A stretch of 62,512 bases of DNA, counting the filler, from Bipalium vagum (taxonomy: Eukaryota), in assembly GCA_037834085.1 (NCBI GenBank). It is 3 parts of 3 records of this genome, joined end to end, with 100 filler letters (N's around TTAATTAATTAA, not from the genome) between each part and the next. Parts side by side here need not be neighbours in the genome. Positions count along the whole stretch, not along the records: positions 1 to 24,354 come from JBBMKC010201717.1; 2 more parts are not named here. The stretch is one strand, 5' to 3'. Within the stretch, counting starts at the first letter, position 1. Every line of letters begins with the position of its first letter. Positions 1 to 12,800 of the stretch are shown one piece after another. The notes beneath the pieces are model-generated. The model made no database searches, was not told the origin of the DNA, and saw only the letters and a list, made by a program, of their open reading frames with translations. The translations under genes were made by a program, and so were the position numbers.

Positions 1-833
1 TGGAACATGTGATAAACGAGTGAAAGCCGTAAGAAAATCGAACGGGTCCCTCACAGATGCGCAAGAATGTTGATATTCGCGTTTTGCTTAACTTCTGCTA
101 GCTTCGTTACAATCTCCTTTTCTGACTAACTCTGTCCATTAAATTTATAGATCTAGAAATTTAATAATTCATGTTCTTGTTTTGATAAAGCATCCAGAAG
201 CTTCTTTGTTTTTTGTCTTCTCGTAACTATACCAATATTTTCGGTGTGATCGCCAGTTATAACTTCTTTCAAATTAATTAATTAAACGATTTCGATTTTA
301 AAAAGTATTTATTTTAAAATGCCTTGTACAATCTCTAACTATAACATTAGTAGGTGATTTCATTTTATACTGTTTGACTACTAAATTTGCTAAAAGATGT
401 GGAAATTTATACTAGTTTTTTAATCATTATAATGTAAAAACTATTGGTTGAATAATTTAAAAATAAGCAATTAAGCTTCTGGTATGATTGACATCATTTA
501 TTATCGTTTTGAAAGTCATGGATTCAAAATAGGGTAGTTTAGTATTTAGTCCTACTGGTATGTCTTAGGTTTACTTTGGACCTGGACCGCCTTAGTTTGA
601 TTTGAATTTTATTACATTTTCACTGAAATATTAATTTGTATAATTATTTTCTATATTTAGTTTTTTAAAGGAATCATTTTTAATTTCAGTTTTAAAAGTT
701 ATTTTGATAAGAAATTGATAACTATTTTAAAAATAAAATAATAGAGAGATCTTAAAATAATTTTATTAGCTTTTCTATAATTGTTTTAATATTTTCTCTT
801 AGGTCATTTTATAATCATTTTGGGAATTTAATC

Positions 834-3800
834 ATGTCATCTATGGACCATATTACAACACAAAAAGAAGAAATTAAAGCATTGCGTAATATATTTGGCA
901 AAGAATTTCGATTACACAGGCCTAAAAATATCAACAAAGTCTACGATTCTATTTAACTGTATATATATTCAGTGATCACTATTTCAGAAATACGAGCCTC
1001 CTCATATATCTGTGTTGATTAATGTTGGTATTTCATCAAATAATGTCACAGAATTTTCAGTGAAAATTCACTTTGATTGTGCTATAGATTATCCCTTATC
1101 GTAAATATTCAAATTAAATGTATATATTTATTTTGAGTTTTAGTTGCCCCAAATTATCACTCTCAGACACTGTTAATATTCCAACAGCGATTCGTGAAGA
1201 ACTGATTACTGTTTTGACGAAAAAGTGTTCTGAATTAAAAGGAGTAATATATAAAAATTACCATAATATAAATTATTGCCGATTAATTAAAGAATCAAAT
1301 GATTTACCATTTGGTCGATGAAGCTCGCGAAATGTTAGTAAGTAAACTTGACAGACAAAAGTCAGCGAACGTTATTTCTCATCCTAACTATGATGATATA
1401 ATTCAGAAAGAAAAAGTAAATATTGCCATCTTTTCATATTTCATGTTTCAATTGTCACAGGTAAAATTAAATTTACTGCGCCAGCGTCACAATTTTGCCA
1501 AAGTTCTTTGTCTTTCTTTTCTGTTTTTTATTTGAAATTATTTTATCTATGTTTGTAGAACGAGTCAACTCAGGCCAAGAAAATTGAGTAATATCCTTCT
1601 GATTAACAATTTTGAAAATATATCGATTTTTAACAATTCATGTACTTTAGAAAGTGCTTTCACACTTATCAACAAAATTCCAATGTTATAGAATGCTACT
1701 ATTCTCCTGACAAGAACGTAATGCAACTGTACAAGGGAATCTGTGAAGGCAATCATCGTGTAAAGTTGATCAATAACAATTTACAATTGATTTTTAATAC
1801 TTTTCAGGGTTTCCTTAATATCGATTTTTGTTGATTATCAATTGATTAATGTCTTTTCAGGTTTCAACTTGACTAAAGGTTTAAATGCTAAAATACACCA
1901 GATCTCGTTATCCAGTGTCACACAAAAACGATTGGAGCACCTGAAGAGTGATTGGTTGGAAAAATTGGAAAAGGATTTCTCAATACTATACACATTGGAC
2001 CATCCAAACTTGTTGCCCTATGTCGCCTATCGATCTCACATTCATGACAAACAAATTCGCAAGAAAAAGTATTTCGACATCAATATAAACGTACGACACG
2101 AAATCTTTCCCAATTTGAAATTTATTTTTCTAATCAATATTTATTATAATACTTTAATTTCATTGGTCGATTGTTATTAGATAATAATGAAAGGCAATTA
2201 ATCATTAGGTAGTCGTAATTAATTTTCAAATTGAATTTAGTATACTCGATCGATTGTTTTCGGGAATGATAAAATTTACGATTTACTTTTAATTTTCCGT
2301 TCAGTATGTTACTCAAAGCTGTTCGGGTGTTAAATTATCAAAAATGTGTGAAATCGATGTGCAAAGTGAACCGGGCGGAATGAAACCCAGATTGCCAATT
2401 ACAAAAATTCGCGGTTATTTGAAAAGTGTGATGAGCGCAGTCAGGTATTTACACGAAAGACAAATTACCTTTGTTAAACTCAATGTAAGTTCGATTGATA
2501 AAGAAAGGAGATCATTGAATTTATTCATTGTTTTATTTGTAATTGCAGATGGATTCGATATTGATAGATGAAAATTTTGAATTGAAACTGTGCCATTATT
2601 ACATTGGCAAAAGGTGAGACGTTTTTATGATTTATTGATATCTTTATTAGACCTGTATAATATCGATCTCATGTTTCAAGATTTGAAGAATTGAAAGAAA
2701 AGTATAGAAAGGAATTTGCTGAAGATACAACAGAATCAACGGACACTGTTCGTTCGAAAAAGGGATCCACAAAATACGACATTTTGAAAGTGGTAATGAT
2801 TTCAATACGTAATAAAACTTTTCAAGTTTATTTTTTAATCGATTTGATTTGTTAATATTGATTTTATTTAAATACTCGTTCGAAAAGGTTTTGTCCATTT
2901 ATCTTTATTTATTTTTGTTGATATTATTCAGTCTTGATTGAATCGTTCGAATTTTTATGGAAATCAATACATTTTTTCTATTAATAAATGTTACAATCTA
3001 TTATTAATTATTAAATATAAATTTCTAATTCCTTCTGATTTTATATGAATTATGCGGTTTATTTTGTCTTTTGGAAAGAAGATTTCGTTAGTTTCATTTT
3101 GATTTTGAAATTTCCACTCTATTGATTATCTTTGATCGTCTGTTTTTCATTGCAAGTGATTGTTGAGAAAGACCTTTTTGGGACTGTTGATCTTGAAATC
3201 TGTGCGTTGATAAACTTTCATTTTAAAATGGAGTGTAAATGACGAAATATATTTTTATTTTGGTTATTTATTGGTCGATAATTAAGTTTAAATGATTTTT
3301 TCATTAAAAACCAATACTGATTTTAGTATGTAAGAAAAAAGGTATTGTGATCAGAGAATTTAGTACGAAAACTTGAAAGCTGTCATTATATTAATGTTAA
3401 TATTAAGGTTTAATGTTAACTAATTATATTCAATATCGAAAGAAATAATGGAAAATCGATAACAGACAGAGTTTGTCAAATTTCTTGTCATGTTTCTTTC
3501 ATTTTCATTATTCTGCGGAAGCGGAAATCAATTTTTTATGATAATAATAAATTATAACATTTAATTAAATCAAGAATCGATAGATTTTCCGAATTTTTAT
3601 AATCAATTCCATTTGATGTTATTATTTTTTTTCAAATTTTCCGCAAGGAATTAATTGTAATATATTTCGAAAGAGCGGTGTTTGTTTCTGGGATCATATA
3701 AAAATTAAAAATCGATTGATTAGTCGTTTTTATATCGACTTACAAATATCTGTGGGATAGTTTGTAAATTTCATTTTTTATTGATTAGGGAAAACTAGCG

Positions 3801-6800
3801 AAACAGTTGTTTTTTTTCGGAGTACCGGAACTGGAAATCAATGAAACTGAGATGCCGTTGGATCTCATCGATTTCATTCATTGCTCTGAATCCTATCCTG
3901 ACGAGTTACATCTTCATTCGTTTTTATATCCAGATAACAAAAAGAAATCTTTTCCCGATGAAATTAGCAATTTTAACCAAGGTTAGTACGAACACAGAAT
4001 TTCGTTACAGTTTTCTTTTTCTTGAATCGTAATAATTATTTATTAACATTATTATTATTTTTTGTTTTTATCTTATTACTATAATTGATTATTTTTATTT
4101 ATTATCATCATTAACATTAGCATTACTATAAATGTCATTATGAATATTATTATTAATTAAAATTATCTATACCAATCAGATCTTTCTCCATGGAAATTAT
4201 TCCAACAGAGTTCACGAATTCCAAGAGAATTTGAACTAATTAGTAAATTGGGTGAAGGTGCTTTTGGGGATGTTGTCAAAGTAATTTTTGCTTAGGGTTA
4301 CTGATTCCATGTTACTTACGCGAGGTCTTAACGAAAAATAAATTCAATTTCAGGTGAAAAATATTTACGACAACCAATTCTACGCTATTAAACGAGTTCG
4401 ACTCAATTCAATACCGAAAAAAGCTGCTCGAACAATGAAGGAAGTTCAGCTGTTATCCAGTCTGAATCACGAGAATATCGTCCGGTTAGTTTTACATATC
4501 GAAACGGTCTTCTGCGTGAATTTCTTTATGGAAATGAACTCTGAACCGATCATGTTTCGACAATCGATTGAATATTATACTTATTGTAGAAATAATAATT
4601 TTTGTTTCTAAAATCAATATAATTTGAAAATTTTTTCTAAAAACAATAATTTTAACATTAATTTATTTTTCCCATTAATTTTATGATTTATTTATTATTT
4701 AATAGCATTTACAACGAAAAATTTTAAAATAGTAAGATAATTACTGTTTTTATGGTTAATTTAATAGAAAATTTTACTTTTCTTTAATTCAATATTTATA
4801 TGTGATAGATATAGTCATTTTTAATGTGAGTTTACTGAGTATTCATAATATCCAATATGCAAATTTTACAAAAACAATTTTTAATATTTCTTTTCTTAGA
4901 TAGTTTTATTTTTCGTTTCAAATAAGTGTTCAAAGATATTTTTATTTATTTATTTTTCTTTGTAATGAGATCATTCAAGCTAATTAGATTTTACTGATTG
5001 ATTAATATTAATAATTATTGGCTATTATTTACCAATTGATGTTCAGCTATTACGCTTCGTGGTCAGAGGAAATCGTGAAAAACTCTGCTGAACAGAATTT
5101 ATCACAAAATCATTATGTAAACGCAACCTCATCTAGCATCAGGGTCAATATTAGTGATAATAAATCAATCCATAAACTGGAACACGTCAATTCTGCTCTT
5201 TTGGAAATGCAAGATACGAAGAACAGTATGCTGTTTACGAGCAGCTTACATCGTCCATCAAATTTTGGTATGGTATCGATTTTTCTGGAACTTTTTTGTG
5301 TTCAATGTTTTGTTATTGTCAGTAGTTTTGATTTTTTTTATTTAGCTGGAAATCATCATTTTGACATTGAATCGTATTCTGATTCTGAAACGGACACGGA
5401 ACTGGAGCAAAGGTATCGATTAACCTTAGAGGTTTATTATTTGAAGTAGTACCAGCAGTAGCATTGGGGAAAACGAAATGAATCCTGTGTCTGCACAAAT
5501 CGTCTTTTGTAATTCTACCTCTATTTCCGATGAAAAAAAATCCGTTAAACATTCTAAAAGAAGTTATCTTAACGATCAACGATCTGTAGCTATGCCAATC
5601 AAGTCAAAAATAGATAAGGTTTTATATTATTCATTATTATTATATACTTCCACGGCCTCTTTGTAATTATTATTAATATTATTATTAGTAGTAGTAGTTT
5701 TACGATAATTAATAATAATTGATTATAATTAATGGATAATATTATATTAAAAATTAATTGAGATTATTAATCTATTATAAATTATTGTTATTAACCAGTA
5801 GAATTTAACTATTAGGTGTGTAAATATGTAACCGGAATCCGATTAAAGCTTTCAAAGTTTTAAAATGTTGGTAGTTATATATGTTATTTTGAAATATCAA
5901 AATTAAATGTTAAAATGATTTTTTTAATATTCTATAGTTAATCTAAGATTCAAAATTTTGAAAAAGTAGCATTTGCGGGAAGTTAGGGTACTTTTTTCCA
6001 ACAAGAATGCTGCTGAGAGTCACCGTTTATTAGAGGAGACATATGGGAAAGATGCTTTGTCAAAACACAATGTTTTGAATGGTTTCATCGGTTTAAAAAT
6101 GATGATTTCATCATCAAGGATGATGATCGATTTGGGCGTCCGGAAAAGTTGATGAAGAATTGAAGACTTTACTCAGTCAAAATCCATGTCAAATGTCAGT
6201 ATCATTGGGAGTCGATCGTTGTACCGTGACCAAACGTTTACAAGCAATGGGAATGACTCAGAAACGAGAAAGACCGAGAGGTGTAGAAAGTCGTTTGTGT
6301 ATCTGTGAACAATTGCTTCAACATCAAAGACGAAAATCTTTCTTGCATCACATGTAACGGACGATGAATAATCTGAAGCGAAAAAGATCTTTGAGAGTCC
6401 GGTTCATATTTCTATATCGACGGCCAAGCGAAACATTCACGATCAAAAAGTCCATGCTATCCATTTGGTGGGATCATTTAGGTATACCATATATTATGAT
6501 TTATTGCAATCAGAAGAGATCGCTATTAACTCCAATCGATGCATTTAGGCCAAGCAACAAATGATAAACGGTCATATTATGGCGACAGGCATGATAAAAT
6601 TATTTTTTTACATGACAATGCTCGGCCGCATGTTTCAAAACTATTTACTACATACATAGAAACCCTTGGATAGGAAATCTTACCTCATCCGAAGTATTCC
6701 CCAGATATCGCTCCTTCGGAGCCTGTTCCATTCCATGTCGCACAGTCTAGGTGACCAGCAGTTTCGTTCTTATGATGACACCAGAAAATGGCTCGATTCT

Positions 6801-9800
6801 TGAATCTCCTCAAAAAATCAAGAATTTTTTCAAACTTGAATCCGTAGCCTACCTGAAAGATGGGGGCAAGTAATAGCAACTGATGGACATTACTTCTACC
6901 AAAAAATGTGTTTAATTCCTATAATAAATATTAACTTAATTATTTCTTAAAAAATTCAGGTTATATTTTCACACACCTAATAATATTCCGATTTTTCTCA
7001 ACTTCTTTTTCTAATATTTCTATCTAAACATCGATTGCCGCTATCTGTTTCAGTTTCTCATGATCCAAATGGAATTGTGTGAAGGCATGTGCAATACATT
7101 ACAGAAATATATCGAAACTCAAAAGCTGTATTTGAACAAAAGATTGATTTGGCGATTCATCCGTGAGATTGTGTCAGGTCTGGATCACATTCATTCGAAA
7201 AATATGATCCATCGAGACTTGAAGCCGAACAACATTTTCCTCGATCTTCAAAGACGAATAAAAATAGGTGACTTGGGATTAGGAATGAATTTCATTCAAA
7301 GAGTATCACTCGTCTATTATCGAATTTTTTCATTGTATTTTGTTTTCATGAAAGATTAAAGTAATTTTTCAGAGTCCCAATGATCCAGCATCCAACCAAT
7401 CGGCTGGATTGGAAGAAAATCAATTTCCCAATGAGGTCGAGAGGGGGCCGGTCGGAACTGCGCTGTACATTTCTCCCGAGATGATGTCCAATAGCTTTTA
7501 CACCAACGTAACACTGTTTTCTGGTCATTCGCGATTAATAAATCCTGCTGCGATTTTTCATTCAGAAGGTCGACATGTACAGTTTGGGAATAATTATCTT
7601 CGAAATGTGCTTCAAACCTTTCCAGACGACCTCAGAACGGTTTATTGTACTCAACAGGTTGCGACTACCCCAAATTATATATCCCAATGAGAAAGAGTTA
7701 AAAATCGATCTTCCGTTCAAACACATAATTAATTCTCTCTTGATTCATGATCACACAAAAAGACCAAGTGCCTCAGTAATTTTACTTAGTTTTAATCAGT
7801 GAGATGGATAGAGGAAGAAGGAAAGAGATACGATTATTATTATTTTGATTTTAATAGGAACTGCTCAAGTCCAATATCATTCCTCCTCCAGAAGGAAAAG
7901 AATTGGAATTCCGTCAATTTCTCATTCAATTGACGAAAACCAGTAATAGCAGTCTTTATAAATTAATGTTGAAGGAACTGTTCCAGCAGACATCGACCGA
8001 AGTAATTTGATTTTTTTGTTAAATATAAATGGTTTTTTTTTCCAGTCACGTCAATATGAACTTCCCGTACTTTATCAGTCGCCGTTCAAATACTTTTTGT
8101 CCAATACTCGCTCTCCAATAACGCAAATATTATCTGAAGATCGATTGGATGAAGGCGATTACACCTACTTCATTTTGAAAAGGTCCTTAGTTTTCCATTT
8201 ATAAATACCGATTATTCTTCACTCTTTTTAGTTTGTTATATGGTCTTTCCAGTTGAGTTATATTACTCATTCATTTTTACACATTTAACCGTTTTTAAAA
8301 AATTCTTTTATCAAAATTTTTGTAAGTTAATTCATGTGTAGTCAATTTCTTTTTAATTTTAAATTATATCGATTTTCATTGAATTTAATATTTTCTAATT
8401 AAATTATTGATTTTGTAATTAAATAATTCTATTTGACAATCAATTATGTTAGATTAATTCGTTTTTCTTTTATTGATATTGGTTTCTTCATTATATAGTA
8501 ATAATTTATTTATTGAATTGTGAACCCGTGAATTTACACTTGCAAAAAATTATTGATAATTTTTCCTTTAATAAAATTTTTTGAAAAATGATTTCATTTT
8601 ATTTTCAATCAATAATTCAACGTTGAACTATTATCATTGAATAATTTTTGTGTCTCTGGAATCAGAAATCAATTGTAATTATATTGATTGTTTCGTGGTA
8701 ATTTTTAACAAAAAATTAAAAATATATTTGATAATTGAAATTGATTGTTTAAAAATTTATTTATTTTTGTTTAAATTAATTTTTGTTATTTTATATCATC
8801 TATGATTCATCTTATTAATTTTTAGTATTATTGATTAATAATTATGTACTATCATAATTATTATAATAATATTATTAATAATCTTAGTAATAAAAATAAT
8901 AATAATTATTAATTTTTTCAATAAATTTATTTTCAAATTTAGAGACGTTTTGCGTCATCTCGAATCGGTATTTGTGTCTCATTGTGCTGTGGAATTCACT
9001 GCACCGCTATTGTCCCCAAATGTTACGAAGCACGGAACTGATAAATTATTCACTCTTTTGGATTGTGAAGGTGTTGTCATCAGCTTGCCCGACAATCTCC
9101 GAGTCAACTTTGCGGACTTTCTCCTCAACAACAATATCACTTCAACAAGGCGTTTTGCAATCGGTCCAATTTATCAGCACCAAGAATATCGACGGGATCA
9201 TCCACGAGAACTGATTGAAGCGGCTTTTGATATTGTGACTGATTATCACAGGTTTTTTCAGAGCTTTGTTTTCAGAATAAAATAAATAATTGCATTTTTT
9301 GTTTCAATGACAATTGTTCCGTTACAGTATTAACAAGTCGATCGAGGTGCTCATTATTCTTAATCAGATTCTCAAAAAGTTTTTCAAAATTGAAGTAATA
9401 TTCTTGATTTTTTCATCAATAATCCATTTCAAAATATTCGTCTGAGTTCAGCATATCTCATTAATTCTGGAAATCAATCACACGGATCTGTTTGATGGTT
9501 TAATGGATTATTACAAAATTCCCAAGGAACTCTGCCAAAAACTTCGTTCTTCTCCATTCCAAAATCAGGTAAATTAATCGATATTTTTAGTCATTATATT
9601 ATTTATTATTATGGTATTATCTTTTGAAATTACATTTATTTTTATGTTATTAATAATAATTATTAAAATTTTTCCAATAATTAATTTATAACTATTATTG
9701 ATATTTTTTTACTTTAACAAAAAATAAATCAATACATATTGCTTAAATTTATTGTTATTTTTAATTTCTTGAAGGATTGGACAATTATCATTGTCTTATT

Positions 9801-12800
9801 TTTTAGGCGATTATAAATCTTGAATAATTTTGCTAAAGTAAAAAGATTTTTTATTCTTAATGATTTTTTGTAAAAATTTTTAATTGTTCTCATTGAATCA
9901 ATAATCGATTGATATTTTATAATTTTATTAGCACTGCGATTATATCATATATTATATATTAATTATATCAATATTATTTTTCTATTACTTATCTTTTATA
10001 ATTTAATTTATAGTTTTTATTATTAATTCTAAGAATTTTTTTCCAAAAATTACTCAATCACTTTATCAATATTGTTTATATTTTAGTACTTTATCAAAAA
10101 TAAGTCAATAGAATCTGTTTATATTTTTGCTATTTTTACTTGTTTGATAGGAAAGAGCTATTGTTATTGTTTAGTTTTTTGACTATTAAAATAAATATTG
10201 CGAAAGCAAAAAAAGTTTTCCTATCGCTCGTTGATTTTTTAAAAATTTTTTTTAAAAAATTTTAATTTCTTCTCATTGTAACGAATTTTTTCTTTTGATT
10301 AAATGACAAAATTTAGACTTTATCTGATATCGATTATTTGGATTCTGATGAGTTCCGTGAAAGTTCCAAATTACCCGAGATCCATTTGGTCAATCTAAAA
10401 AATATTCTTCGATTCAATGACGGAAGTCTGGATGGTTTTGAGAAGCTTCTGAAGCAGTTTTTGAACCGTACTAGTGATTTGAAGGTCTCTACATTCTTCC
10501 TTTCTGAAATATGTTTTAATTTTCTATCTCTATTTCCAGAGCTTTGATGTGATAATGATAGCCCTGAATGAGTTACGAACGATGGAGCAACATTTCAACA
10601 ATTGTCTTGCCAACCCTTGCTTTGCCATACAAATTCGACCTAAATTCGTACCCGTGGACTCAATTTATCGTGGTTTTGTATTCCAGTTGATGTTGTACAT
10701 ACACGACCGACTTTTTGACTGTGTCAATTATTCAAACAAGAAACAGGCCAAATTTCTTATGAAATATTTGAGGAATCCAAAAACATTGGGCAATGGTGGC
10801 GATTATTCTCGTTATTTCCTGTCTGCGCAGAGGTAATCTTTCACTCTTTGCTTTATATGGATTATAAGAAGTTCCATTTTGAAATTGTTTAGTCTCTATC
10901 AGTGTCATCAATTGTAATTTGTTTTTGACTGATCGTAAAATATTATTAGGTTTGAAAAAACGTTCGTGTACTTTTAAGTATTGGAATTTATTAATCATTT
11001 AGTTGTTGTTTAAATAAGATAATAGTCTTTTGTGATAATTAAAATATCATTATGCAAGATAAAAAATTGTATTTTAAAAAGCGCAAGAATTTTCTTACCA
11101 ACCATCTAAAAAATATTGATCCATTTCCACTGAAAATAATTATCTGTCGATATCAAACACAGTTTGGTGGGCGATTATATCGATTAATTCTTTTCTATTT
11201 CTATTTTTCTTTAATACCGGTCATTGTTTTCGAATATATTTTTGAGTAGTATTGATTAAATTATTTAAATCGAGTTTTCTCTTAACCTGTATTAAATTTC
11301 AAACTATTGAAAATAATATTTTATATATAATATTTTAATATAAGCGCATAAATATTTTTATTGATTTGATATTTTAAATTTAAATATTAATTATAAATCA
11401 ATACTGCTCTTAATAATTGATTTAAATTAATTTACAACTGTTTTCCTTTTTCCTCTCACATCACTGTGTTAATGTTTAAAAATGAGTGCTGTGAATTATA
11501 AATATATAATTTTCTCAGTGTAAACTGACTGGAAAACTTTGACAAAGTGGATTTCTTTTATTATTATTTATGGTTATTTTTGATTTGTTTGTCTATCTGG
11601 CGATTATCATTGGCTTTTGATAAAAATTGTGACTGACAATAAAATGTTTATTCTTTTAAAAATCTGTCGAATATCTAATCAGATGTCACTACTTGATCAA
11701 TGAAATCAATATTTTTCAATTTCTAATCGATACAAACCGACTTAAGGTCTGATAATAATCGTAATAATTATCTTTCTCATTTCATTTGTCAGTCCCGCTG
11801 TGACCGAAAACGGCGACACGAACACCGCATTACCCGTGTCAGCGGTCGGGGTCAGCATCGACGTTTCGACCGTGTTGCAGTGCTTGTATTCGATCAGACA
11901 ATTGTGCCTCATCAACGGTGATTTTGAAAGTCGACCTGTATGTGATTTTTTTCTCATCGATTTTCGTGTGCTTGTGTGTACTGCACCGATATCATGTGCT
12001 TTTTTGTGTGTTGGCGATTGTGAGAATGTTTTAAATGTCTGTCGTTTTCAGGAATCGATCGTTGTCAATGGCATTGTCACCGCTCTGGTTCAATACGACG
12101 CGGACAACGATCTCAATTGCCGTGAACTGATGACAGCTCTTTGGACCGCAGGCATCAGCGCTCAGCTTTATGATTTGGTAATCGATTTTTGACAAAAGTA
12201 TTTTTTCATTAATGTTCGTTATTCTTTCAGGACGGAAATGGGGAGGACTTTGCGTTCAATCGGAAAATCAATTTCTTCGTTAAATTTTTACCGAAAAACG
12301 ACAAGAAATCGTCAAGCGTTGTGAACAGTCGAATTTTTATCACCAAAAATAGCGATTACAAGGGTGTGGGAGTCGAATTGGATGATTCGGCCAAAGTCGT
12401 TGAATTCATTTCCAGAGAATTGTCAAGGCTCAAAGAAACATGTGTGCTGCGCAGTGAAAAAGACAAGTTCGAAATTTTCGACTTTTTGATTATCGATCTT
12501 CATTTGACTTTGGTATTTTCACAAACAGCATAAATCTACCAAAACTATTATTATTGATTTATTATCAATCCCTAGATTACACTATTTTTAAACGTAAAAA
12601 GCAAAAAACATTAAATTCTTTATTTATTCTTAAATTTATTTTGCATATTTATTACACAAAAGAAAGGAATAAATAAAATCCTTTAGAATTAGTATTTTTA
12701 ATAATATTGGTTATTGGTTTTAGATGATCTATCACTTTGGAGGATACTGTAGAAAGAAAATATTTCTATATAAATTAAAATTATTGATTGTAAAAATAAT

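Noticed and set aside
1-265. Minus-strand decayed ORF after a TGGCG PBS-like site
   Set aside because: Probably a retroelement scrap but no diagnostic motif, and truncated by the window edge.
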